This document shows, one piece after another, positions 1 through 12,644 of a stretch of 64,000 nucleotides of DNA (its first letter is position 1; every line of letters starts with the position of its first letter). The translations under genes and the position numbers were made by a program. Source of the stretch: Eledone cirrhosa (taxonomy: Eukaryota); assembly GCA_964016885.1 (NCBI GenBank), contig OZ024742.1:103726001-103790000 (forward strand), given 5' to 3'. Below the pieces are notes generated by a model. The model made no database searches and had not been told where the DNA came from. It was given only the letters and a program-made list of their open reading frames with translations.

Positions 1-180
1 CAATATTTATATTCTGCCAAGGTCAATATCTATAGTTCGTCAAGGTCAATATTTTATATTTTGTCAAGGCCAATATTTCATATTTTGTCATGGTCAATAT
101 TTATATTTTGTTAAGATCAATATCTATATTCTGTCAAGGTCAATATTTATAATTTGTTTAGGTCAATATTTACATTTTAT
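1..180. repeat. 23-24-bp minisatellite, ~8 units (runs off the window)
   Basis: Variants of caatatttatattttgtcaaggt. Confidence 0.9.
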
Positions 181-677
181 CCCCCGAAGGGTCAATAAAA
201 TAAACTCCCTAATATCAGGAGATAAAATTTAGAATCCTAAGGATCGTGTAATGGTCTGTATAAGTAACAATTTGTCTTTAGGAGAGTTCAAAATATAGTT
301 TGGTAAATACAATTGTCTAGAGAAGGGAAAAATATAATGTTTTGAACTCTTGCTCTTTGTACAGAGAGGGGGGAATGTTCTAATTGTAGTAAGACAATAA
401 GGTTTATCTTATTCATTTTACCAAAAGAATTTGTGTATAGTCCTTTCATTACCATATTTGCACAGTCTATTGTTTTTAAATCATTTTGAAAATAACCACG
501 AATTTAGAAGGATTTAGTAATATAACAAACTTTCTCGTTAAACTGGTGTTTAGGGTATAATTTAACAAAGTTTCTTACATAAAATTTTGATGGTATTATA
601 GAACCATGGCCAGTTTTAGGTAGTTATTAAAAGGGCTAATAGAAAAACATAATTCTGTTTTATTTCTTTATTTACAG

Positions 678-725
678 AGAAAAACCAAATCCAATGCCAG
701 ACAGCTGCAAGAATTGTTTGGCTGA
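678..725 (+). CDS. Possible terminal coding exon of a convergent neighbouring gene
   Basis: Strong acceptor ttctgttttatttctttatttacag|. One frame reads RKTKSNARQLQELFG*, with ATTAAA downstream. Phase unknown. Confidence 0.35.
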   Translation, partial: RKTKSNARQLQELFG

Positions 726-1489
726 CAACCAGATTGAAATAAGAACCCAGACATTAATTAAATTACTAATTATTATAACACTAATGAAATTGAAAAAAGG
801 CATGAATGCCATATAACTTCATCCCCCTCCCCATTATGTTATAAATTTGTGACTCTAGATAATCTTTATTAAAACATCAGCAAACTTCTTTCTAGTGGTC
901 TCTCTTTTTTCTTTTTGTTTATTTTTCTTTATTTCCTGGCTCACTTCACTTGTTTGATACCAACTCACCTGGAACTGCTCTTGTTTAATGATACAAATCT
1001 GCTCATTTTTAAAAGTTCATACTTATAATAATGGTTTCTGATTTAGGCACAAGGCCAACAATTTTCGGCGGGAAGGGAGGTTGATTAAATCAACCCCAGT
1101 GCAGTACTGCTGCTATATTTCATCGACTCTGAAAGACAAAGCTAATCTCAGCAGGATTTGAACACAGATCATAAAGGGCCGTAACTCTATGCCGCAAAGC
1201 ATGGTGTCCAACACTCTACCGATACTGCCAATCCACCACTCTTTATACTTTCCATATTAATTTTATTTAAGAAATGTTCATCAAGTAATGTTTTATACAT
1301 CAACTTACTATTGAAAAGGCTGATTATTTCAGTAAATTCTTCAAAATTATCAAAATGAATTCATACAAGTAGACAAAGTACTTTATTAGAAATATGGTAA
1401 TTAAAGGGTTCACTGACCTAATATGAAGTTCATAACTCCTCAGATGTCTATGATTGTTAAACTTGATTTTATTTTAAGCCTGTCTTAAG

Positions 1490-1755
1490 CCATTTAAGGC
1501 TCATTAGGCCAGTGCTTATCCCGGTTCCATGGCTTGAAGCAACTGAGAGTACAAAATTCCCCCTGGACAGAATCCCAGTCTATCGTAGGGTTAAGCCCCC
1601 AGCTAGTGTTGGTATTCATTTTCAACTGAGTATACTGGAGCAACGTGAAATGAAGTGTTTTGCTCAGGAACACAACATGCAACCCAGCCCAGGAATCGAA
1701 CCCAACACATTATGATGATAAGTCCAACGCCTTTACCACTAGGCCACATGCCACT
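1490..1755 (-). mobile_element. tRNA-derived SINE family 1; copies at ~16378-16700 (+), 28460-28775 (+), 45445-45582 (-), 61095-61372 (-)
   Basis: A box tggcctagtgg, B box ggttcgattcc, then the shared body gtgttcctgagcaa..tttcacgttgctccag. Confidence 0.85.
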
Positions 1756-2205
1756 GTTGATGTTATTACTCAGTTAACCTTGTTGCTAATGTTGTTTGCT
1801 AAGTCTACTATGGTTGCAACACCTGATTTCATTACTATATCAACAGTGCTACTTGATTTAATAATGAAGTCAACACTATTGCTATTACTGTTGTTGCAAA
1901 TCCTTGTTGATGCTCTTTCAAGTAAATATCTCCACATCTTTCCAGTTGTTTTTATATTTATGGGGATGGAAGATTGATCATTGCAAAACTGGTCTAGTTC
2001 TGCCATGCAAAATACAGAGTGATATATTTATGACAAGTAGAGAGATGTTGTGCTGAATAGGACACGTCCCACCCTTGCAAGCAGGGAAAGGCAGACGTAA
2101 AATGAGGATGATGATCATGATGATGATATGTGCATGTGTGTTTATCCCAGGTTCAATCAAGGGTAACCACAGTAAGTAAGGTACTCAATACATAGCAGCA
2201 TATAA

Positions 2206-2333
2206 ATATTTAATATAGAAATGGCTTCTACAGGAATAGAACTGTTTCATTCGGGAGAAGCCCAGGGCTTCCTGATGATTTCTCCCAAATGAAACAGTTC
2301 TAGACCTGTAGAAGCCATTTCTATATTAAATAT
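2206..2333. mobile_element. TA-flanked foldback with hammerhead, Penelope-like remnant
   Basis: ~55-bp inverted arms, atatttaatatagaaatggcttctacagg... / ...cctgtagaagccatttctatattaaatat. Confidence 0.6.
2266..2316 (+). ncRNA. Type I hammerhead ribozyme motif
   Basis: ggcttc-CTGATGA-tttctcccaaat-GAAA-cag ttctagac ctg-TA-gaagcc: 6-bp stem I, intact core boxes, GUA site. Stem II is weak, with U.U at 10.1/11.1. Confidence 0.75.
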
Positions 2334-2450
2334 ATATATAAATATATATACTAAAAGGTTATTTGTCTCTAATAATTAGAGACATTTATATGAGTGAGAC
2401 TTTCTTATTTTAGCCTGTCTGTCTGTCTGTCTGCCCACCGCTGCCGCCGC

Positions 2451-3893
2451 CATCGTCATTTTTACGTCTACTATTCCTTGCTTGCATGGGTTGGATGGGT
2501 CCTTCTCAGCACAGCATCTCTGCATTTGTTGCGTTCCTTCTTCATCTTCACTGCCAGCCTTAGTTATTTGAGGTTCACTCTCACAATCTCTGCTCATGTC
2601 TTCCTTGTTTGCAGCTTCCTTCCACTGGGATTTCCTGGCATTTATTAACCCATTGGCCATTGTCCGTGTGCATCATATGTCAATAACAATGCAGTCTTCT
2701 CTTTTGCACACCATCTCAGATTCCTCTTAAGCCCAGCTCTCTCTCAGTTTATCCAAGCTCTGCCTTTCTCTCACATTGACATTGGACATCCAACGAAACA
2801 TGGTTACTTCATATCTCTCCAGTCTATGCAGTTACAGCCCATGTTTCACGACGATGCAGCATTGCGCACCGCACACAAGTGTCTTACAGCCTTCCTTTTC
2901 TACGTAGGGAGAAACTTTTTGTTGTTAGTAGTGGAAGCAGTTCTCTAAATTTCTTCCATCTTATCCTTATTCTAGCTATTATACTCTCAGCACACCCTCC
3001 TCTATTGCTAATTAGATAATCTAGAGAGCAGAAGCTATCAACTACATCTATGGATCCTTCCTGTGACTGGGAAAGGTTTATATCATTAGCAGTCTTCCTC
3101 TCGATTTCTTCTGTGCATCTTCTACAAGCAAAGTTCTCCCTTCCTGTTATCCCACTACATATTTTGTGTACCCAAGATTTGCATTGTGTATATTGTATGG
3201 AGTTTGTGCCTACTCCTTTTCTGTATATTGAGCATGATCACTTCCCTGAGAGTATCTGCATCCTATCTTCTCTCCTACTCACTAACACTTTTGTTTTGAC
3301 TAAGTTTACTCTCAGGCCTTTTGATTCCAAATTCAGTTTCCATAATTGGAATTTATTTTCTATCTCTTTTTTGGTTTCAGCTATAAGGACCAAATCATCT
3401 GCACAGAGAGATTCCAGTGAGCAGCCCATTTTAAACTCTTCTGTTATGGCCTGAAGAACTATGATGAACAGCAGTGGGCTAAGAACTGAACCTTGATGAA
3501 CTCCTACCTGTACCTTGAATTCCTCACTAAACTCATTTCCTACTCTCACTTTACTAACTTCTTCTGTACATAGCTTGCACTGCTCTCACAAGCCATTCTT
3601 CTATGCCAAATTTCTTTAAGGACACCAGATAATAGATCGAGGTACTCTGTCAAAGCCCTTCTCTAGACTAACAAAAAGCTAAATATAGTAGTTTATTTTT
3701 GGCTAGGAACTTCTCCTGTAGTTGCCTCATTAAAAAGAGGGCATCTGTCGTACTTTTCCTAGGCATGAAATCAAACTGCATCTCATCTATTTTGACTCTT
3801 TCTCTAATTAGCTGCCTTATAACTCTTTCTGTCACTTTGATAACTTGGTCCATTAGTTTTATTCCTCTATAGCTGCTCCTTTCTAGAGCAACA
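2451..3893 (-). mobile_element. 5'-truncated, degraded RTE-clade LINE
   Basis: RT motifs QVGVHQGSVLSPLLF, ADDLVL, MQFDF..KSTTDALF, with a (GAT)n-type tail. Confidence 0.9.
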
Positions 3894-5359
3894 TCTTCAG
3901 CTGAAATGTCCTCCTCACCCTTTGTTTGGCAGTTTTTATACAGCTTGATGTCCTTCCTTTTACCAACCTCTTTATAGAGTGTACTGGGTGTGTTTATCAT
4001 ATACATCCCCAACACTAAGGAGGATGTCTATGGCTTGGCTGAAGAGTCCTCCAAACTCTTTATTCAACCGGTTTTCTATGACTGGATGTTCTTCCTTTTA
4101 ACCCTTTAGAATTTAAACTGGCCATATCTGGCCAGAATTCTCTCACCTCTTTCTGTTCAAACCAACCATAACTGGCCACTCATACTGATGTAAAAGTATT
4201 GTTCTCAAAATAAATGACATCAAAATCTCGTAGATTTGATATTATGTGTGATAGTTATGTGAGGTAAAGTCTTTATCGTGAAAATATAATAGTAACTATA
4301 GAGTAATGTAAATGCCAAAGGGTTAAATGGTGATGATGATGGTGATGATGATGATGATGATGATGATGACAATGACGATGATGATGGTGATGATGATAAT
4401 GAACGGACCTGACAGCTATGAACAGTACTGTTTTACTTCTTCCTCTTAATAAATATAATGGTTTCTATTTTAAACACAACGCCAATAATTTGGGTGAGGT
4501 CAAAGTCGATTATATCAGCTTCATTGTTTGGCTGGTACTTCATTTTATCAAACCCTGAAAAATGAAAGGCAAAGTTGACTTCAGCATGATTTAAACTCAG
4601 AACATAAAAAGCTGGAACAAACACTGCTAAGTATTTGCCAATCCACCATCACTCTTTTTGATAAATAAAATAAAAATATAAGCATTAGTATGAGGACTGG
4701 AGACATTAAAACTTCTCTGGCTGAAAGTGTTTAGTTCTTAACTACCTGTAACTCCACAACTAGATATGTATATGTGCAACAGGCTGAAATAGTAAACATT
4801 CTTTCATTGTTTCTTTGTCAATAATATTACATCCCTATACATGGAAGCAAATGGGACAATATTGTAGTTTGACATCAAATAAAGACACAGAAGAAAAGAA
4901 AAGTAGTAATAACAGAAACTCTGATAATTTATCATTTATTTTACAAAGCATTTTTGTTGAGTTTAAGCAAATGTTAAAAAACAAAAACAAAACAAAAATA
5001 ACTTAGAAAGATATCAAATAACAAACAGAGAAATGTAGCATAAGCATACACACAAATCCACCCACGAATACATACTCACACACACAAATTCACCCACAAA
5101 TACATACTCACACACACACACACACACACACACTCTCTCTCTCTCTCACACACTCTCTCTCTCTCTCTCTCAAAATCGCACCCAAGGATGCACTCACACA
5201 CGCATAAACATGAACAAACATACACACAGACACTCACACAACTACAAACTCACACACTGAGAAATATACAAAATTTAACCTCGAAGCATAGTTTAAAGGA
5301 CACCAGAATGATATTAAGTAACAAAGTGAAAGAAAAGGTTATTGCATAGATATTTAGAG

Positions 5360-6180
5360 ATATACAAACATGTAAACACAAATTGTGTAGATCGTGTGGA
5401 GTTTGCGCCTAATCCTTTTCTACATATGGAGCAGGGCCACTTCCCTGAAGGGATCAGAATCTTATCTTCTTTCCTACTTACTAGCATTTTAGTTTTGGCT
5501 AACTTTACTCTCATGCCTTTTGATTTCAAATTCTGTTTCCATAGTCGGAACTTATTGATTAGTTCTTTTATGGATTCAGCTATAAGAATCGGATCATCCA
5601 TGCACAAAATTTCCCATAGACGACCAGTCTTAAACTCTTCTATTATGGCCTTGGTAACTATGATGAACAGCAGCAGGGTAAGAACCAAACCTTGAATTCC
5701 TCACTAAATTCATTTCCTACTCTCACTTTACTGACAGCTCCTCTGTACATGGCTTGCACTGCTCTCCCATGCGATTCTTCTACACCTAATTTCCTTAAGC
5801 ATCACCAGATAATAGATCAAGGTACTCTGTTAAAGGCCTTTTCTAGATCAACAAAAGCTAAATATAGTGGGTCATTCTTGGCTAGGAATTTCTCTTCTAA
5901 GAAGAGGGCATCAGTAGTAGTTTTTCCAGGCATGAAACCAAACTGCATCTCGTCTAATTTGACTTTTCCCTAATTAGTTGTGCTATAACCCTTTCTATCA
6001 CTTTCATAACTAGATCCATTAGTTTTATTCCTCTGTAGTTGCTCCTTTCTAAAGCATTACCTTTGTTGCACCAGTTATTGTCTATGACTCTCTCCTGTAT
6101 TACCTGATTGGATATGCAGGTTACTAGTTTGACTCCTACCTCTCCTGATGCTTTTAGCATCTCAGCAACTATCTCTGACA
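5360..6180 (-). mobile_element. RTE-clade LINE RT fragment
   Basis: NYRGIKLMD, LLFIIV..IIEEFKTG and WPCSICRKG motifs with frameshifts. Confidence 0.88.
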
Positions 6181-6399
6181 ATCTGGTATCCAGCCAGAAA
6201 AACCCTGCTAAAAATATGACAAGCACAAATACGATTTTCACTAATTGTGTATAGAAGGCTAACATTAGTCATGTTAGTACTGTGCACAGTAGTGGTGTAG
6301 CCAGAGTAGTCATCTGTGAGAACCCTCGACCATCATCAAGCAATAGCACAGCCCTTATCCCTTTTGGGTACATATTACTTCTAACCAAGGGAATAACAG

Positions 6400-7000
6400 T
6401 AATTGTCAAGATATAAATCTCAGGACTGCCACCGTCAATTTTGGTGCTCTGAAAGGTAAATCAGGTGAAATTGTGGAACTGTTAGAGAGAAGTAGATGTA
6501 TGCTGTGTACAAGAATGAGATTAGCCTCAGCGAGACTAATCACAGGCAAACAACAGAGATATAAACTTTACTGGATAGAAAATGATGATGGGGTAAGTGG
6601 TGTAGACATCTTACTAGCTGAGAAATGGGTAGATAAGGTGATAGAGGTAGTTAGAGTAAGTGACAGAATCATCAGGCTTAGAATAGCTGCAGGAAATAAA
6701 AGGACAACAATTACATCTATCTATGCTCTACAGGCAGGATTAACTAAAGACCAAACCGACAGGTTCTATAAGGAACTTTTACAGTCAACTTCAGGGACTG
6801 ATGAAAGAGACATCATCATCCTGGCAGACAAATTCAATGGACAAGTGGGGAAGTATCAGGGTGGATTCTGTGGAGTTCATGGGGTCTTTATTTATGGCTC
6901 AAGAAACAAAGAGGGATTGAGGCTCCTGGAACTCTGTGACATTAATGAACTAACCATTTACAACACAAAAAACTTAATAAACAGCATCCCAAGAAATGTA
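6400..7000 (+). mobile_element. RTE-clade LINE apurinic endonuclease fragment
   Basis: ORF 6473-7003 contains GVDILLAEKW, RVSDRII, SIYALQAG, FNGQVG, YGSRNKEGLRLLE. Confidence 0.85.
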
Positions 7001-7689
7001 TAATAAAATAAATGAGATCACCACCATCATCATCATGGCTGCCACCATCACCACCACTACTGCCAACAGCATTTAACATCTGTTTTCTTTGTGAACAAGA
7101 GATCCAACACAGCAAATGAATGTGAGTAAACAAAATGGTAATATTAAGAATGAAAGATAGAAACATATTGTTTGACCATGAAATAATCTAGGTGGGTTGA
7201 CTACATAAAACTATTGTACAATAATGAGAAGAGCCCACTTATGCAGGATTTCAAAGCTGCTAATAGGAACAAAATCTCAAATAAATAGAAAAGGCAATAA
7301 GCCATTGAAAGAAGGAAAGGAATCTAGGGTAGATGAAATACTAGTAGACACATTTAAAATATTAGATAACTACAACCTAGATCTAATAACTGAGTATATG
7401 TAATGTGATATTTGAGAGTAAATAAATACCAACAGAAACAATGAATCTTTTCATATTTTTAACAAAGTAAGCAAAATATCAGAATTGTGCAAATAATCGT
7501 AAGTCTAAACTACAAATCATGTGACTAAACTACTACCAAAAATCATTTAACAAAGAATAATATCTAGAATAAATGAAGAAATAAGTTAACTTTAAAATGG
7601 TTTGAGACCAAGAATGAGAACTTGACAGAGTACTTAACTAGAGAACGACATGTGAAAAATTGGCAGTAGTACTAACATAGTGTAATTCA

Positions 7690-8099
7690 TAGTTGATATG
7701 TATATGAAGGCATATATGGTTGTGTCTCACTAAGGGGTTCTAAAGCAGAGGACATGTCATACCACCCTCGAAGCCATGTGAAAATGCCAGACATATATGA
7801 TATGTCTGCCATTCTTGTGCTATATTAGTGCTACTGCTAATTAATCCTAGCCAGTCAAGCTCACATTATATGCAAATAAGCATTTCCAGCAGATGTTTTA
7901 TATGCAAAAATATAAGCTATAAGCTTATTCTTTTCTCAGACAGTACAGAGTGAGTAAATGTTACTTATGATGGATAAATATCCTGAAACACTAGCGTCTG
8001 GTGTTCTCACACAGCTGAGATAACTGTGATATGACCACAGCTTAAAACACCCATAGCCTGACATATATACAGAAACATATCGTATGTGCCTTCATATAC
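7690..8099 (+). mobile_element. Short interspersed element with decayed hammerhead; relatives at ~8790-9075 (-) and ~13200-13590
   Basis: Inverted ends gtatatgaaggcata / tgtgccttcatatac. Body shared with the inverted copy at 8790-9075. Contains CTTATGA..GAAAcactagcgTC. Confidence 0.5.
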
Positions 8100-9199
8100 T
8101 ATTATTAATCAAGATGTATACATATGTTTCATGAACTATTTCAAGACATTTGGCAGAGTAAAATATGCAAACAAGTTTGAATGTGTAAGAAAACTCAGGA
8201 TATATGATTAAAGACGTCCAAATTATACACGAGATAAACAACAGTGAATAGAAATTAATGGAGAAAAAACGTCAACATTTAAAATTAAGACAGGAATCAG
8301 GTTAAGCTGTATACTACCCTCTGGCCTATTTAACTTATACTCTGAAAAGAGAAACAAAAGATATGCCATGACTGTTAATAGAAGATATGAACAGGCAGAT
8401 ACTGCCTTGTTAACTTTTGACAGAGAATAACAACAGAACCTTGAAACCACAATAAATGATGAAGGAATGCCTTATGAAAGGGAAATAAATGTAAAGAAAA
8501 TAAAACCAATGGCAATCAGCAAGAATATCATCATCATCGTTTTTACGTCCATTTTTCTACCTGCTGCATTCCTTCATCTCCTCTGTAAGTCTCAGTGACT
8601 TGAAATCAGCTCTTACCACAACTTCCTTCCACTGAGATTTCCTGGTACTTCTTCACTCAGTGATCATCATCCATGTGCATCACATGTCCGTACCAATGCA
8701 GTCTTCTCTCTTGCATACCAGTAAATCAAAATGAACATCACAAATCAGGGAAAGCCAAATGAACAGATATAAAAAATAATAGAAAAGTGTATGCGGGCAT
8801 ATACGATATACATACATGTTTCTTACTATGGTTATTTTAAGTTGTGATCATGTCACAGCTATCTCAGTAGCCATGTGAGAATGCTAGATACTAGTTTCAG
8901 AAATTTTAATCCATCATCAGTGATATTTACTTACTCAGTACTGAGAGAAGAATAAGCTATGGCTAATATAATTTTCACACATAAAACATCTGCTGGAAAA
9001 GTTTATTTGCATATAATGCATGCTTGATTTTGCTAAGATAAATTAGCAGTAACACTAACATAGCATGATTCATAATTAAAGATAATATTCCTGGGATATA
9101 TGTAATTAGAACATGGGGAATATGAAGAAATCAAAAGAAGGATTGCAATAGCTAGAAGAAATTTTGAAAAGATGTTAAACATACTAACAATCAGAAAAA

Positions 9200-9625
9200 A
9201 GTAATATTGATTTCTAATTTTGGCAGAAAGGCAAAGTCGATTAAATCAACCCCAGTATTTGGCTAGTAGTTTATTTTATCGACCCCGCAGAAGGATGAAA
9301 GGCAAAGTTGATTTCAGCAGGATGTAAAGTCACAATGTTAAGAGCCAATACAAATATTACAAAGGTATTTTATCTGACACTTTACCAAATCTGCCAATCA
9401 ACCCCTTACCAGAAAAGGCTTATTAAAACATTATGTTAGGTGGATTGGCAGTAACGGTAGAGGGTCGGACGCCATGCTTTGAAGCATAGAGTTACCTCCC
9501 TGTATGATCTGAGTTCAAATCCCGCCGAGGTTAACTTTGCCTTTCATCCTTACGAGGTCAATAAAATAAAGTACCAGTAATGTACTGGATAATTGCTGGC
9601 CTTGTGCCAAAAGTAGAAACAATTA
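9200..9625. mobile_element. Head-to-head pair of SINE family 2; other copies at ~1027-1240, 4450-4650, 15870-16080, 21540-21725, 26475-26640, 31800-32005, 32240-32420, 35580-35745, 53510-53670
   Basis: Shared ctgagttcaaatcc.gccgagg..aactttgcctttcatcc..ataaaataaagtaccagt..gccttgtgcc..aagtagaaacaattat. Confidence 0.8.
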
Positions 9626-10604
9626 TGTTATGTATACTGGAGCTAAAATATAGATATTAACAAAAATATTATCAAATAGATTAGGAGCGTTTCAGATATA
9701 AGCCAATAGAAAATGCTTGAGAAGGCCACATGCAGAACTCAATACCAATGATGAAGAACTAAGAATGGCAAAACCTAAGAAAATTATATTAGATGCCATA
9801 AAAAATAAAAATGGGTAAAACATTTTGGACACTTTATTTTTAAAAAGATGTTTGGTAAAGACTGATAATAAAAGGTAAAAGAAATAGGGAAAGCCAAGAA
9901 TTACGTAAATGGATATGACAAATTACAGAGCCTTAAAATACAGCAGAGATAGCACAAGAAAGACCGAATAGTGATCCATAGCATTTAACCTGTTGAGAGC
10001 AGATTATAATTGATGGAGATGAATTCTTGTTATTGGCCTGCATCATATGACAAAAGTTTGTTTTCTTTGCTAGCAAAAATTGGACGGGTTGTTACAGACC
10101 AACTCAGTACTTGATTGGATCTTCTGATCTCTCAAATGAGGTGGGGGCCCACTTCTTGCTTACATACATTCTCATAGTCTACAGAGTGCCCTGGGTGCAC
10201 TTTATCATGGCACCAGCATTAAAGAGGTTGCTATGTCTATGACACAGCTGAAAAGTCCTCCTAACCCTTTGTTTGCAAATTTTCTACAGCTGGATGCATT
10301 ACTCAAATACCAATCAAGAAGTTATAGAAGAGCTATCTGCTGAAAAGTTGAAGAATAACCCAAAACTTTCTCGAATTTAGAGAGATTCACACTTTCTTTT
10401 AATGATAAAAATATTCTTCTCACCATCATGGTTTTATGACATTTAAAAGAAGCAGCTCCAAAATCTTTATAAATTATTGCATTTATTCATTGGCAATACT
10501 TAGATGCAAAACATCTCAGTGGTAGACAATATACTTTGCACAATATTATTAAAGCAATGAAGAAAATAAAAACTTATGCACTGAATATCCCAAACCCAGG
10601 CACT

Positions 10605-11010
10605 GCCAGCCATGATGCAGAGGAGTGGGGGGAAAAATGAAGCAAGCATACTTCATTGGATGTGTAATGTAAATGTGAGAGAAACGCAGAGAGAGCTTGG
10701 GTGAACTAAAGGAGAAACTGGGTTTCAGAGAAATCCGAAGTGGCATGCAGAAGATAAGGCTGCATTGTGATGTGCATGGATGATAGTTGCTGGGTGAAGA
10801 AGTGCCAGGAGATCCCAACAATGGGAAGCTGTAATAGAGGTAAACAAAAGAAGACCTGAGCATAGGTGTTGAGAAAAGATCTCAAATCGCTGAAACTCAC
10901 AGAGGAGATGATGAAGTATCATGACAAGTGGAGAGATGCTGTGCTGAAAAGGGCCCATCCAACCCATGCTAACATGGAAAAATAGACATAAAAACGTTGA
11001 TGATGATGAG
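10605..11010 (+). mobile_element. RTE 3' fragment
   Basis: Same 3' end and (GAT)n tail as other copies. Similar fragments at ~2030-2128, 8527-8720, 24610-25170 and 32480-32745. Confidence 0.75.
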
Positions 11011-12343
11011 ACTTCACTGACTGCTTCCTTTTTGTGCCAGTCACTATCAGGACCTCTGGTGTCCTTGATATCTGAACTGCTATTTTTCACTGCAAAATTG
11101 GGAGGAGTGCATCATGCCTGAAGAAGGAGCCATAAGGTGGAGTAGCTGATGTAGCAGGTGTTGTTTGGCTGTGCTACATGGCAATGCTTTTGCTATTTTG
11201 TCCATGGAGTGTAGCTGAGATATACTTCTGAGTCTGCAACTCCTTTCTCCCTTTTCCCTTACTTTAATTATTTAAATTTTTAAATTTATTTTATCATAAA
11301 CATTATATCATTTAATTGAAATTTATTGAATAAAGAATTATTATTTTCTTAAAGGATTTAAGTGTTTTTTATTAGATGCCGAAGTTTGGTGGTTTTCTAA
11401 AAGAAATTGTTTGTGATGCGTTTATGATAAGTACAATGCTATTTGGAAATGTTTTTAGAGTCATGTAATAAGCTAAAGAAACAAGAAAATATTGACAATG
11501 CTTATCTTTCTGACATTTTCAATAAATGAATGAGATGAAAATTATATTGCAGGAAATTACAAACAATTTTATCAGTAAAATTACAGTTTGCAAAATAACC
11601 TTGCAAGATGTGATTGTCAGCAGTTTTTGAGTGTAAAAGGAATAAAAGAAAATAATGGTAGTGATTTGACACTAGATACAGATCTGGAATTAATGTTCCC
11701 ATTTTTAGTCACTGAAACATGATATAATGTCTAAATTTAAAGACTTTGATTCTTCTTTATTTATTTTTTTTGGACCCTATGGAGCATTGAGCAATTTTCA
11801 TTGTTTATGTAGAATTTTGATTAATGGAGGTAAGGTTGTTAGCCCCATGTTCCACCCCTCCTTCCTTCTTAATACAGATCCAAAACTAACCTAGCATTTT
11901 GAAGTCAAGGTGTGGGGGTTCTGTAACCTTCGCTAGGGGCCCATCCCAGGTACTGTCATCCAGAGCCAGCTGAGGCAGGGACTCAAATTATTTCACTTTA
12001 TTTTCAAAAGATCATTAAATAATGCTATGTCCTTTAATAATGTCTCTTTAAACCATTTCACTCTAACTTCAAAACTGATCGTTTCTTTCTAATGTTTATT
12101 TTGCTCATCCAAACTGACTTGAAGAATTAAAAGGATTACAAAATTATTTTGAAACTCGTGACTACTTTTGACAAAGCATTCTGGTTAACCACACAAAACC
12201 AGTCTCCAAATCTTTAACAAGAAATAAAATTAATGCTCATTGCTTTCCTTTCTTCATACTTGGCCAACAAAGGACTATGTCATGTTGCAACTGTTAACTA
12301 AACAGCAAATCATCAGCTTTTTACATCCAATTTTCCATATTTG

Positions 12344-12644
12344 TATGGACGATGACTTGGATGAAGAAGTGCTAGGAGTTCCCAGTAGAAGGTAGCTGCA
12401 GCAAAGGAAAACCAAAGACTTGGGCAGATCTCAAAATGCTGAACCTAGCAGAGGAGATGAAGTAACACATTAGGTGGAGGAAAGCAGTCTTTTCCCAACA
12501 AAGCTTTCCTCCACCTATTGTGTTACTTCATCTCCTCTGCTAGGTTCAGCATTTTGAGATCTGCCCAAGTCTTTGGTTTTCCTCTGCTGCAGCTACCTTC
12601 TACTGGGAATTCCTAGCACTTCTTCATCCAAGTCATCATCCATA
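12344..12644. repeat. 142-bp-arm near-perfect inverted repeat, 17-nt spacer
   Basis: 12344-12485 versus 12503-12644, about 4 mismatches, RTE-derived sequence. Confidence 0.95.
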
